53,186 nucleotides of DNA from NCBI GenBank assembly GCA_965649265.1, contig CBFGKC010000016.1:1-53186 (forward strand). The letters run 5' to 3'. Positions 9,574-19,015 of the stretch are shown piece after piece. The translations under genes were made by a program, and so were the position numbers. The notes beneath the pieces are model-generated. The model did not search any database, was not told the DNA's origin, and saw nothing but the letters and a program-made list of their open reading frames with translations. The first letter of the stretch is position 1, and each line of letters begins with the position of its first letter. Origin of the DNA: a candidate division WOR-3 bacterium (lineage in GTDB: Bacteria; Hydrothermota; Tepidihabitantia; B3-TA06).

Positions 9574-11256
9574 CTATTTCTTCTTCCTTTTTGCCATTTT
9601 ACTTTCTTGTTTGGTCATGAACTCTTCTGGAGGGTGAGATAGTTTAGATTTTGGATCAGTTCCAAGAAGAAATTCCATAGTATCAGAATAGTGGTCATCG
9701 TCCTCATCCCTGTTCAAACCTGTAATCCTAATTCCTATTTCATCTAAGAGTTCGGGCTCTTCCTTCAGACGACAGCCCTTCTTAATTTTCCTGTAGAGTT
9801 CCTCTGCTTGTTTGGGCTTTCGAAGTAGAACATACATATCCCCTAAATACATCGTCACGCAATCAAAATGCTCATTCTCAGGAAATTCCTTTAGAAACTC
9901 CATAGCATTTTTTTTAAATTTCTCTACTTTGGGCGAAGTGGGATGGTTGATGATTTCTCTGTAATCCCTCTTGATGTCCGCCCACAAATCTTTTTCAGAA
10001 AGCGGTTTTGTTCTAGTGTGGGGCTGTTGCTGGGCAACAATGCGCAAAGCGTCTTCGAATTCCATATTCATGAAGGGATCTCTATCTAGCAAAGCAATCT
10101 CCTCTTCAATTATGTTCTGGAAATCTCTTCGACTGAATTCGTTTCGGAATTCCAATCCCGCAATAAATGCAGCTCTCGCAAGATCATACGTAGTAATCTT
10201 ATGTTCTGTTGCCACTTTCTCAATTATTGAACGATGCCCTAAAATGTATGCCAACCTTATCTGGCATTCCGGGACGGAAAGATTTCCTGAGGGCAATGCT
10301 CCGTAATCACTTATGGGTATTTTCCCTACATTATATCTGAAATCCGATGGTTCCTCCGGTACTTGGGATGTAAGTACAACCACTGTTCCCTGTTTCTTTG
10401 CCAAGTCCAACATTCTTTCCATAGAGCATGGTTCTGGCTTCTTGGTTTTTCTGTCTTTTGCTAGATTACAATTTCCACCACCGTAACCAGCAACTACTAA
10501 TCCACTGCGAGAATTCTTCAACGCAACTTCGTATTCATTGGATCTCATAAAGGGATTCGTGTATAGAACGCGCACTGAAAAATCGAATTCTTTATCACAA
10601 CGAATAGCAGGATCATATTGAGAAGCAATCTCGGTAATCTTATCTCCTAAGGCTATCCAATCTTTGATGTCCATATTAGAAGAATCCTTAGCAACAACCA
10701 AATGTGAAGCCGGCAATTTATTGAAGCATTCAACTAACCGCTCGTCAGATTTAATGAAGTTACGAACAATATCCTCCGAAGTCGCATCAAGTGCCCCAGT
10801 CTTAGGATCTGTATCAGCCTCTATAGTTCCACCCGTCCTTATAATGTAAAGTTCGTCCAAGCGACTTATAAGCGAGTTTTTTTCTAGTTCTATATCTGCC
10901 TTATAGATTTTAAAATCATCCCACGAACTTTCCCCACCCTTGACTCCAATAAATGCATCCATATCCCATTTTTTTATCTTCATTAAACCGGAAACGATGA
11001 GTTGTTTTCCATAACCGAATACGACCAATACATTATTCGGACCTATCTTGCGATGTGCCCTCGCCAGCAGCTCAACTGCCACGCGAACATTAGGATATCC
11101 ATCAGAAGAGGAATATACAGGTTGCATCGGGAATTGTGAACCTGTCATGATAACGTAATACCGGAAGTTCTTGAGCATGTACTGAAGCATGGTAACCCCC
11201 CATGCCATGGTGTCTGTTCCGTGTGTTACGAGAAACCCTATCTTATCGGCTTTCAT
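9574..11256 (-). CDS. Asparaginase/glutaminase-family protein with permuted catalytic motifs, a TPR-like segment and a C-terminal Ca-binding-like motif
   Basis: THGTDTM at residue ~11, TGGTI and DSSNM..DW at ~140-200, GLVVAGYGGGN and VVVLTSQ C-domain; DEDDDHYSDTMEFLLGTDP tail; own promoter and SD AAAGGAGG. Confidence 0.85.
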   Translation of the reverse strand: MKADKIGFLVTHGTDTMAWGVTMLQYMLKNFRYYVIMTGSQFPMQPVYSSSDGYPNVRVAVELLARAHRKIGPNNVLVVFGYGKQLIVSGLMKIKKWDMDAFIGVKGGESSWDDFKIYKADIELEKNSLISRLDELYIIRTGGTIEADTDPKTGALDATSEDIVRNFIKSDERLVECFNKLPASHLVVAKDSSNMDIKDWIALGDKITEIASQYDPAIRCDKEFDFSVRVLYTNPFMRSNEYEVALKNSRSGLVVAGYGGGNCNLAKDRKTKKPEPCSMERMLDLAKKQGTVVVLTSQVPEEPSDFRYNVGKIPISDYGALPSGNLSVPECQIRLAYILGHRSIIEKVATEHKITTYDLARAAFIAGLEFRNEFSRRDFQNIIEEEIALLDRDPFMNMEFEDALRIVAQQQPHTRTKPLSEKDLWADIKRDYREIINHPTSPKVEKFKKNAMEFLKEFPENEHFDCVTMYLGDMYVLLRKPKQAEELYRKIKKGCRLKEEPELLDEIGIRITGLNRDEDDDHYSDTMEFLLGTDPKSKLSHPPEEFMTKQESKMAKRKKK

Positions 11257-11360
11257 AACTACCCTCCTTTGAGGAACTCCTCAAAAAGACTTTATTTGTC
11301 GAACCTTCTGTCGAGAAAAAATATACGCAAAAGAATAATTTTGTCAAGCCCTTCTGGCCG

Positions 11361-11552
11361 CTGCGGTTTGCGGAGGCGAAGGAGCTTCGAGCGGTAAGCA
11401 TCTTCGACGCTTCAGGCAGAAAGGTGGATGAGATTGCGTCCCCGCGGACAGGTGGGGTAGTGAGTTGGGGCGAGGGACACACTGCCGGGGTCTACTTTAT
11501 AGTTCCCCAAGACAGAAATCTTCCTACTCAAAAAGTCATCCTTGTCAGGTGA
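11361..11552 (+). pseudogene. Orphan C-terminal secretion-signal (T9SS-CTD-like) gene fragment
   Basis: LRFAEAKELRAVSIFDASGRKVDEIASPRTGGVVSWGEGHTAGVYFIVPQDRNLPTQKVILVR* aligns with the C-terminus of 19016-20428; no upstream gene body. Confidence 0.75.
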
Positions 11553-11630
11553 AGTTTTCGAACAACTGAACCGGCAAAATTTTTGCAGATTTCTCCCTTT
11601 TTTGGCCCAAAAAAGCCCCGAAAACCCCTG

Positions 11631-11680
11631 TTTTGTCCATCTTTTGACCATCTTTTGTCCCACTTTTGTCCAGCTTTTTT
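11631..11680 (-). repeat. 11-bp tandem repeats GG(A/T)CAAAAG(AT/TG)
   Basis: Reverse complement GGACAAAAGTG-GGACAAAAGAT-GGTCAAAAGAT-GGACAAAAC; same family at 18383-18467 and 50324-50350. Confidence 0.75.
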
Positions 11681-11748
11681 TAAAGCCCCGTGAAAACGCT
11701 CGCGTTTTTAGGACCCCGCCAGATGCAGAGGACTGGTTTTATAAGTTA

Positions 11749-12444
11749 TTAATTTAAAAGGGCATAGAGAACGATATTGACGCCCATGCGGAATGCCTGT
11801 TCGCGGACGTCGACAGGGTCGTCGTGGGCAACGGTCCAGCCGTCCGAGGGATTTGAGTTGTAAGTATAGAAAATTACGAGCCTTCCAGCGTCGAATAACC
11901 CGTAACCCTTAGGAGGGCCGTCAACGTGTTTGTGAATTTGCGGCGGCCCGTTATCGAAATCGTAGAAGATGTGATAGATGGGATGATCGAAAGGCAACTC
12001 CACAAACTCCGATTTTGGAAATACTTGCGCGATTTCCTTTCTGAAGGTTGTGTCCATTCCATAGTCGTCGTCGGCGTATAAAAACCCGCCCTGCCGCAAG
12101 TAATCCCTGAGCCTGAGTCTTTCGGATTCCGAAAAACGAATCTCGCCGTGTCCGGTTACGAACAAGAAAGGGTAGTTAGTAAGTTCCATATCTAATAGAG
12201 TTATAACCTTTTGCTCTGGGGTTATCTCCACGTTTGCCCTTGAGACTATCTCGTGAACGAGATTCGGCAGCGCATCGGGATCGTTATACCAGTCACCACC
12301 GCCGCCGTATTGGAGCCGCGCAAGTTGAATAGGTGCTGCAGTTGTGAGTGTGAAAGTGGCGAGAATGCCGGGAAGTACCCAGAGAAAGCCCGAATGCCGC
12401 ATGCGGAGCTTCGTTTGATCCGTCGGCTTTTGCATTGTCCCCAT
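11749..12444 (-). CDS. DUF4159 domain protein (exported)
   Basis: ARLQYGGGGDWYND, YPFLFVTGHG, LRDYL..GGFLYADDDYG, AFRMGVNIVLYAL; the true start may be downstream (e.g. 12402). Confidence 0.88.
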   Translation of the reverse strand: MGTMQKPTDQTKLRMRHSGFLWVLPGILATFTLTTAAPIQLARLQYGGGGDWYNDPDALPNLVHEIVSRANVEITPEQKVITLLDMELTNYPFLFVTGHGEIRFSESERLRLRDYLRQGGFLYADDDYGMDTTFRKEIAQVFPKSEFVELPFDHPIYHIFYDFDNGPPQIHKHVDGPPKGYGLFDAGRLVIFYTYNSNPSDGWTVAHDDPVDVREQAFRMGVNIVLYALLN

Positions 12445-12513
12445 AAGTCTAAAAAATCAAGAAGATATGAAGGCAATCTCTCCAAAGAGTGGGGGGTGGG
12501 CTGAGGAGGGCGT

Positions 12514-13332
12514 TCATACGCCGACGGCAACGTCTAAGAGACGCGTATACGTCGAATATGGAACACGCACACAACCTATTTCTATCCTTCCGGTTCCGTG
12601 AAAATCAGATCCTCCGGTAGCTATCAGATGGTTTTCCAGGGCAAGCGCATATAGCGCATCTTCTAAACTTGGAGAATGCTCCGGATACCAGACTTCTATG
12701 CCGTCAAGATATTCAAGGGTCATCTCCGCGGCGTTGGAAATGCGGTACATGCCTGGATGTGCAAGCACGGCCACACCCTGATGTTCGTGAATTAGTTCGA
12801 CCGCCGCAGGAATAGAAAGTTTAACTTTGGGTACGTAAGCGAGGCCGTCGGGTCCGAGAAAACGGCTGAAAACGTCGTGGATACTTGAGCCCCTGCCTTG
12901 TGCTATGAGGGCTTTGGCAACGTGCAACCTGCCTATTGATTTGCCCTTGGAATAACGCTGCACGTCTTCCATCTCGAGTTCGATGCCGCTTCTTTTGAGC
13001 CGGTCCAGTATGTCGGATGCCCTTTCGGTTCTTTTCATCTGATACCATTCAAGCTTTTCTTCGAGTTCGTCTTCCCTGCCCGGTGCAAAGTATCCTATTA
13101 TGTGAATTTCGGTCCCCTCAAGTTCGCATGAGAGTTCCACGCCTGAAAGAATCTCAACCCCCAGTCCCTTTGCCGCCGATCGCGCTTCTTCGATTCCCGC
13201 GACGGTATCGTGATCGGTTATCGATATGGCCTTGAGATTTACATCATGGGCGAGCTTTACCACCTCCTCAGGCGAGAAAAGCCCGTCGGAATAACTAGTG
13301 TGTATATGGAGATCTGCCGATGAACCTGTCAC
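12514..13332 (-). CDS. PHP-domain phosphoesterase (TrpH/YciV-like)
   Basis: DLHIHT.YSDG, ITDHD, GVELS, HIIGY, LAHP, TGGSDFHG. Confidence 0.93.
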   Translation of the reverse strand: MTGSSADLHIHTSYSDGLFSPEEVVKLAHDVNLKAISITDHDTVAGIEEARSAAKGLGVEILSGVELSCELEGTEIHIIGYFAPGREDELEEKLEWYQMKRTERASDILDRLKRSGIELEMEDVQRYSKGKSIGRLHVAKALIAQGRGSSIHDVFSRFLGPDGLAYVPKVKLSIPAAVELIHEHQGVAVLAHPGMYRISNAAEMTLEYLDGIEVWYPEHSPSLEDALYALALENHLIATGGSDFHGTGRIEIGCVRVPYSTYTRLLDVAVGV

Positions 13333-14168
13333 GCGCTTATATCTTTTGGAACCAAGTTAAGATTCTTGGACACTCTTTCGATGATTAGTTCGTCAATCTT
13401 GGGCTTGCGTTGTATGTAGCCTTCAATCATGGCATTATCGCATACGATGTTGACGAGTCTGGGTCTGCCTCCGGAGAAGGAGGCCACCGCATCAAGTGCT
13501 TTTTCGGTAAAAATGGGTTCTGTACCACCCGCGATGCGGACGCGGTGCTGAACGTAGGCTCTGACCGCATCCACCGTCAGTGGATTAAGGGTGACGCGGA
13601 CGGCAATGCGCTGGTAGAGTGCGGCATTCTGTGCAAGGTTGACCTCAAGATCGGGCAGACCGATCATGATAAAAGTTACCAGTTTTCTCCCGTCGGCCGT
13701 TTCCAGGTTCAGGAATCCGCGAAGTTCTTCTATTGTGTCCGGGTCGTCCATCTTGTTCGCCTCGTCAATGAAGATGACCGTCTTTCTGCCACCGTTGTAG
13801 ACCTCAAAAAGCCGGTTGACGAGTTCTGAGAAAAGGTAGGAAGAATCCTCGTTGGGTTCCTCTATATCCATGAGTACCGCGAGCTTCTCCAAAAGCCAGC
13901 GGGGCTTTACTGAATGGGTAAGGACAATCATGCCGATATAGTAGCGCTCGTCGGATTCGAGTTCGGAGAGAATCCTGCGGGAAAGGGTCGTTTTACCTGT
14001 CCCAATCTCACCCAGAAGGAGCGCAAGGCCCCTACCCCTTTCGGCGGCATGCAGGAGATACTCTCTTGCAACCGCGTGCTGAGGGCTGTTGAAGTAAAAA
14101 CGCGGATCGGGTTGAACCGCGAAAGGTTCGTATTTCAGTCTATAAAATGTTTCGTATGCCATAATCAA
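13329..14168 (-). CDS. ExeA/GspA-family AAA ATPase
   Basis: Y.TFY.L..EPF..QPDP.F start, Walker A GEIGTGKT, Walker B FIDEA, SGGRPRLVNIVCDNA. Confidence 0.92.
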   Translation of the reverse strand: MIMAYETFYRLKYEPFAVQPDPRFYFNSPQHAVAREYLLHAAERGRGLALLLGEIGTGKTTLSRRILSELESDERYYIGMIVLTHSVKPRWLLEKLAVLMDIEEPNEDSSYLFSELVNRLFEVYNGGRKTVIFIDEANKMDDPDTIEELRGFLNLETADGRKLVTFIMIGLPDLEVNLAQNAALYQRIAVRVTLNPLTVDAVRAYVQHRVRIAGGTEPIFTEKALDAVASFSGGRPRLVNIVCDNAMIEGYIQRKPKIDELIIERVSKNLNLVPKDISA

Positions 14169-15118
14169 ATAAAGTGTATTGGTCCCGAGGACTTACCGTC
14201 CCCGGGATGGTTTTGTTTATCATCCGACAATTCAGGAATGTCGCCTATTATTTTCGGTCCCTGCTTCTTTTTCCCGGTCATCTCATCAAGCCGTCTGCGA
14301 ATATCTGAGGCTTCCTCGAATTTTCCGGATTCATCGTAAGCCTTTGCCAGAGCACCAAGAATAACTTCCTTTAACTTGAGTTCCCTTTCCGCCCCGTCCT
14401 CTTCGACAAGAAAGGCAACAAGAATCTCGCGGTCCTCGGGATGTGAAAGCAATGAAAGCAGTTCGTTGAATCCTTCAAGCGAGGGGTTACTTCGGTAGAC
14501 GGACTTCTTTTCAAAGAAAGCCTCAGACCAAAGCTCCTCTTCACTGAAAAATTTGGCAAGTTCATCCCTCTTTGCCTGATTATCCACTGCATTCGCGATG
14601 CTGGGTTCTATGGATGAAAGAAAATCCATGATGCTTATGCTAGAGAGGTCAACGGTTGATTTCATCTCGACGTCAGGTTTTATCTCCGGCAAGGCTTCTT
14701 CGACCTCTTCTTCAATAATGGCGCTATCCGGACTCTTCTCTTGTCCGGAAACCTCTTCGTGTAACGGACCGGCCTCCATGATAGGTGGCGGCTCAGCAAG
14801 CCTGGAGGAGGAGGGGGGCTCTTGCGCCGTTGTTTCCTCCGTCGATCTGGTGTCGAAGCCCATCCTTGCCACTATGTCATCAATATCGGCTCCTGTAAGT
14901 CCCTTAACCCTTTCCAGGCCCCTTTTTGCTATCTGATTAGTTTCGTCTATGGATAAAACCTTCTCGTAGAGTTTTATAGCCTGGTCTTGCTGTCCTCTTT
15001 CAGCGTACATCTGGGCTGCCATGAGATACTCGGTCAGGGCTTCCACCTTGAAACCGATTTGCATAAGCAGTCCTGCCAGCTCGGCTTTTCCTGCAGGATC
15101 AAGACCTTCGTTTCTCAT
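14165..15118 (-). CDS. TPR-containing protein
   Basis: A..Y..RGQ.DQAIKLYEKVL.ID TPR, acidic linker, C-terminal helical repeat; overlaps both neighbours. Confidence 0.8.
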   Translation of the reverse strand: MRNEGLDPAGKAELAGLLMQIGFKVEALTEYLMAAQMYAERGQQDQAIKLYEKVLSIDETNQIAKRGLERVKGLTGADIDDIVARMGFDTRSTEETTAQEPPSSSRLAEPPPIMEAGPLHEEVSGQEKSPDSAIIEEEVEEALPEIKPDVEMKSTVDLSSISIMDFLSSIEPSIANAVDNQAKRDELAKFFSEEELWSEAFFEKKSVYRSNPSLEGFNELLSLLSHPEDREILVAFLVEEDGAERELKLKEVILGALAKAYDESGKFEEASDIRRRLDEMTGKKKQGPKIIGDIPELSDDKQNHPGDGKSSGPIHFI

Positions 15119-15717
15119 GGTTCCTCATACAATTGACCGTATTCAATCTGGATTTGCGTAGCCTCCTCATAGTTACCTCGACCTTGGAGAGCAAAAATTA
15201 CATTCTCGACAATTCTTCGAGCCTCACCCTTTTGTCCTAAATGTGCCATTATTTTAGCCATCTTGAGGGCCAAGTCAAGATTTTCCTCGTCGATGCTGAC
15301 TATCTTCTTGGCAATCATGTAAGCGGCGTGAGGGTTATTCTTTTTTCTGAAAAACTCGAATTCCCTGAGGAGATATTCGTACGCTCCTCTGTCCAAACCC
15401 ATTGAGATGTAAAGGTCCGCGCGGCGGATGCGCAGACCTACGTCGGACGGCGAAAGCGCTTCAAGTCTCGCCGCAGACGCCATGGCAAGCACAAATCTGT
15501 CCTGTTCTATCGCCTGCCGCATGGCATATCCCAGCGTAGCCAGGGCTTCCTGATTCTTTCCCTGTGTCAGGAAAACGAGTCCCTGATAGTAAAGAATCTC
15601 AGCGGATTCCGGAGAATTCTTCGCCTCATCCGCAAGCATCTTCTGAGCCTCTTCCCACTTTTTTTCCCTGGTAAGAGTTCTGAGAGTCTGGCGAATATTG
15701 TCAGAGATCATAAACAA
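15115..15717 (-). CDS. TPR-containing protein
   Basis: Helical TPR-like repeats (YYQGLVFL.QGK..EAL); translationally coupled to both neighbours. Confidence 0.8.
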   Translation of the reverse strand: MFMISDNIRQTLRTLTREKKWEEAQKMLADEAKNSPESAEILYYQGLVFLTQGKNQEALATLGYAMRQAIEQDRFVLAMASAARLEALSPSDVGLRIRRADLYISMGLDRGAYEYLLREFEFFRKKNNPHAAYMIAKKIVSIDEENLDLALKMAKIMAHLGQKGEARRIVENVIFALQGRGNYEEATQIQIEYGQLYEEP

Positions 15718-16924
15718 CCTCGCCGTTTTTTATGACGGTGATAACAGGGTTTCGATTGAAGTTATATATAAGCTCCATCCACGAACCCAGGTCCAGAATA
15801 ACGATATCCGCATTTTTTCCGGGTTCTATGGAACCTACCTGATTATCCATCCCCAGCGCCCGCGCAGCATTGATCGTAATACCCCTGAGCACCTCATCAA
15901 GGGTCAAATCGTCTACCAGGACCCCGCATGCCGCGGCAAAAGGCATCGCGAATACAGTCGAGGACCCGGGATTACAATCGGTTGCGACTGCAACGGGCAT
16001 TGCGAGTTCGCGCATGAGCTTTACGTTAGGTCTCGCCTTCTCCTTTAAAAAGAAGGTCGTTGCAGGCAGAAGCACCGGCACCACACCTGCCTCGGCCATC
16101 CTGCGGAGTCCATCCTCGTTAGATTTAACCAGATGTTCCGCAGAGGCGGCACCGAGTTCGGCGGCAAGACCAGCTCCACCGGTATCGGCTATCTCGTCAA
16201 CGTGAAGCTTGATCCCTAATTCCAATTCCTTTGCGCGACTAAGTATCATCCTTGTCTCTTCGTTCGTGAACGCTATGGAATCACAAAACACGTCCGTAAA
16301 TTTCGCCAGTCCCTTCTCGGCAACCTCAGGAAGCATCATGTCGATTATCTGTTTTACATATTCCTGTCTCGGAACGTCAGGAGGAAAAGCGTGCGCGGCC
16401 ATGAAAGTCGGGACGAGGGTCTGTGGTACTTCCTCCGCAAGACTTCTTATTACCGAGAGTTCTTTTATCTCATCAGCCATGCTTAAGCCGTACCCGGACT
16501 TTATCTCGACTGTGGTCGTTCCCCAACGAAGCATCTGATCGAGTCTTTCGATTGCCTTGTCGTAAAGGACATCAAAAGATGCATGCCTGGTGGCCTTGAC
16601 CGTTGAAAGTATCCCTCCCCCCGCCTTTGAAATTTCTTCATAGGTCGCCCCCTCCGTCCTCAGCTTAAATTCTTCAGCCCTTGAACCTGCGAAAACCAGA
16701 TGCGTATGACAGTCCACAAATCCGGGCATAACGATTTTCCCTGAGGCATCTATAACCATCTCAGCTTGGCAAGAACGAACCTCCTCGTCGGTGCGACAGA
16801 TCCTCGCTATTTTGCCGCTCTTTATCAGAATGCTTGCCTTCTCAATTACGCCAAGCCCGTCACCCTCCATAGTTACTACTTCATGGGCATTGCGAATAAG
16901 AAGGTCGAATGTCATTCTATTCAC
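15701..16924 (-). CDS. hutI: Imidazolonepropionase
   Basis: PGFVDCHTHLVFAGSRA.EF, GGGILSTV.ATR, GTTTVEIKSGYGL, ATDCNPGS. Confidence 0.97.
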   Translation of the reverse strand: MNRMTFDLLIRNAHEVVTMEGDGLGVIEKASILIKSGKIARICRTDEEVRSCQAEMVIDASGKIVMPGFVDCHTHLVFAGSRAEEFKLRTEGATYEEISKAGGGILSTVKATRHASFDVLYDKAIERLDQMLRWGTTTVEIKSGYGLSMADEIKELSVIRSLAEEVPQTLVPTFMAAHAFPPDVPRQEYVKQIIDMMLPEVAEKGLAKFTDVFCDSIAFTNEETRMILSRAKELELGIKLHVDEIADTGGAGLAAELGAASAEHLVKSNEDGLRRMAEAGVVPVLLPATTFFLKEKARPNVKLMRELAMPVAVATDCNPGSSTVFAMPFAAACGVLVDDLTLDEVLRGITINAARALGMDNQVGSIEPGKNADIVILDLGSWMELIYNFNRNPVITVIKNGEVVYDL

Positions 16925-17849
16925 TTTTCTGCGAGTACTCCTTGAACCAATTGAAAGTTTGGCAAATCCCTTCGGAAAGGTCTACTTTCGGTGTCCAACC
17001 CAACTCCTTGCGAGCCAAGGAGGCTTCGATTACCGAGCGAAAAACCTCACCAGGCCTTGCATCTACGTGCATGACTGAAATATCTGGATTTATTCTCTTG
17101 AATTCGTTGAAAAGCTCGTTGATGCTCGTCTCCCGGCCTGTTCCGATATTGTAAGTGCCCTCGCGTCCTTCGATCGCGATAACGTTAGCGCGGGCGATAT
17201 CTTTTACGAAAACGAAATCACGCGTCTGATCGCCGCTGCCGTAGATGATGCACTCCTCACCGGCCAGCGTCTTTAAAGAAAAGATTGCCACAACGCCGGC
17301 CTCGCCGTGAGGGTCCTGTCTGGGGCCGTAGACGTTAGCGTAACGAAGGACAACGGTCTCAAGTCCGTGCTCGTTCTTAAAGAATCTGATATAATGCTCT
17401 ATCGAAGCCTTTGCTATCCCGTAAGGTGCAAGGGGAACCACCGGGGTCTGCTCGTCCGACGGTATCTTGGGTGCATCGCCGTAAAGCGCGCCTCCGGTCG
17501 AAGCAAACACAAATCGCTTGACACCGTTTCTTCGAGCGGCCTCAAGAAGGTTGATGCTTCCAAGGATATTCTGCGCGGCGTCAAAACCCGGCTCGCGTAC
17601 GGAACGATTCACCGATATTTGCGCGGCGTGATGGTCAACTACCTCCGGTTTGAAAGCGGTAAAGACCTTATCCACACCGTCCCTATCCGTGATATCGGCC
17701 TCAAAAAATTCGGCATCCTTCGGGACATTCGCGCGTTTTCCACTTGAAAGATTGTCGAGTACCGCCACCTTGTGCCCTTTTGCGATTAACGCTTCTGATA
17801 TGTGACTTGCGATGAATCCCGCACCGCCTGTTACGAGAATTCTTTTCAT
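16917..17849 (-). CDS. NAD-dependent epimerase/dehydratase (UDP-glucose 4-epimerase-like)
   Basis: TGGAGFIAS Rossmann motif, STGGALYG, YGIAK (YxxxK), RYANVYGPRQ. Confidence 0.95.
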   Translation of the reverse strand: MKRILVTGGAGFIASHISEALIAKGHKVAVLDNLSSGKRANVPKDAEFFEADITDRDGVDKVFTAFKPEVVDHHAAQISVNRSVREPGFDAAQNILGSINLLEAARRNGVKRFVFASTGGALYGDAPKIPSDEQTPVVPLAPYGIAKASIEHYIRFFKNEHGLETVVLRYANVYGPRQDPHGEAGVVAIFSLKTLAGEECIIYGSGDQTRDFVFVKDIARANVIAIEGREGTYNIGTGRETSINELFNEFKRINPDISVMHVDARPGEVFRSVIEASLARKELGWTPKVDLSEGICQTFNWFKEYSQKSE

Positions 17850-17943
17850 ACTAAATTATACTTCGAAAAACCGCAAAAATCAAGCCTTCCAGGCCCCTTG
17901 ACCGCCGCAATTATCGGCCTATATTTATCTTAGAAGGATTCTT

Positions 17944-18171
17944 ATGGGAATCGATTTAAGCCAGATCAACGAAACGCAAAAGTACAGCGTTGAAACAAAG
18001 GAGCACGGGACGTTTGAAGTATTGGGATTCCTTATACTTAGCGCCTTGTGCCCGGCATGCGGGGGAAGCGGTCAGATATCAAAACCGGGCGCAGAACCCC
18101 AATTATGCGAGGTTTGCGAGGGCATGGGGATGTTCGATTACTCCCAGGCAACCATAACTATCATCCCATAA
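17944..18171 (+). CDS. Small DnaJ-type zinc-finger protein
   Basis: Two CxxCxGxG motifs (CPACGGSG, CEVCEGMG); own promoter TTGACC...TATATT and an AAGGA SD. Confidence 0.7.
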   Translation: MGIDLSQINETQKYSVETKEHGTFEVLGFLILSALCPACGGSGQISKPGAEPQLCEVCEGMGMFDYSQATITIIP

Positions 18172-18382
18172 AGTACTTCGTTTTTTTTGAACCCCGAGCA
18201 CTGCGGAAAGTTTTAATCTGAAGTAGTAATCATCGAGGCAAACTTTTGAACTGCTGGCCTGCGGCAGTCCGGGTCCCCGCGACATGAAATGACGACGCTT
18301 ACGGAGTAACTGCGGAGTAGATTTGTAGGGTGAAAGGAGGTCAGGTTTAACGCGACGCGTCAAAAATGTGGATAACTAAGTT

Positions 18383-19010
18383 GGACAAAAGATGGTCAAA
18401 AGATGGACAAAACGGGCATTTTGAGGGTATTTTCGATGAAAAAAAGTGGGTCAAAAGTGGGACAAAACCGGGGTCCCCACGAAAACGCGTAGCGATTTTG
18501 TGGGGTAGAAAAAGTGGGACAAAGACCGCCCCCGGGAGGGGCGTACGCTCCGGAGGAGCATTTGGAAGTTGGACTTTCGATTTACTCCGGGAAGTCAAAC
18601 TTCCATCTCAAATGAAGGGTTCGCCTGACAAAAAGCGTTCTTTTGGGGACCCCGAGTAGGGAGGTAGTCGTTGACGAGCGAGCGGCCAGAGGCTGCATGG
18701 GCTGAACGAGCGCCGGAGGCGCTCCCTCTGAGACGACGTTGGTGTGTTACGGGCGGCCCCCCTTATTAAGGGGGGAAGGGGGGATTTTTCTGTCTGTCAT
18801 TGGCGAGTGAGCGGTCAGAGACCGCATGGGCTGAACGAGCGCCGGAGGCGCATACGTTCAGCAAACCGCCTCCGGCGGTACTCCTTGATTTGAAATAGTC
18901 TTTGCGGAACGCAGTTCCGCGCATGCGCCTTCCAGGCGCTCCCTCAGAGATGACGTGGTTGGTGTTACGGGTGGCCCCCCTTATTAAGGGGAGAAGGGGG
19001 GATTTTCCGC
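18383..19010. repeat. Mosaic of REP-like modules (11-bp tandem repeats, GGGGTCCCC hairpin, GAGCGCC..GGCGC hairpins, GTGTTACGGG, CCCCCCTTATTAAGGGG)
   Basis: Internal direct repeats 18676-18722 versus 18804-18851 and 18718-18788 versus 18936-19006; modules are shared with other intergenic regions. Confidence 0.75.
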
Positions 19011-19015
19011 CCCGG

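Noticed and set aside
18510-18660. SRP/6S/RNase P RNA
   Set aside because: Hairpin-rich but lacks the conserved motifs of these RNAs; composed of repeat modules.
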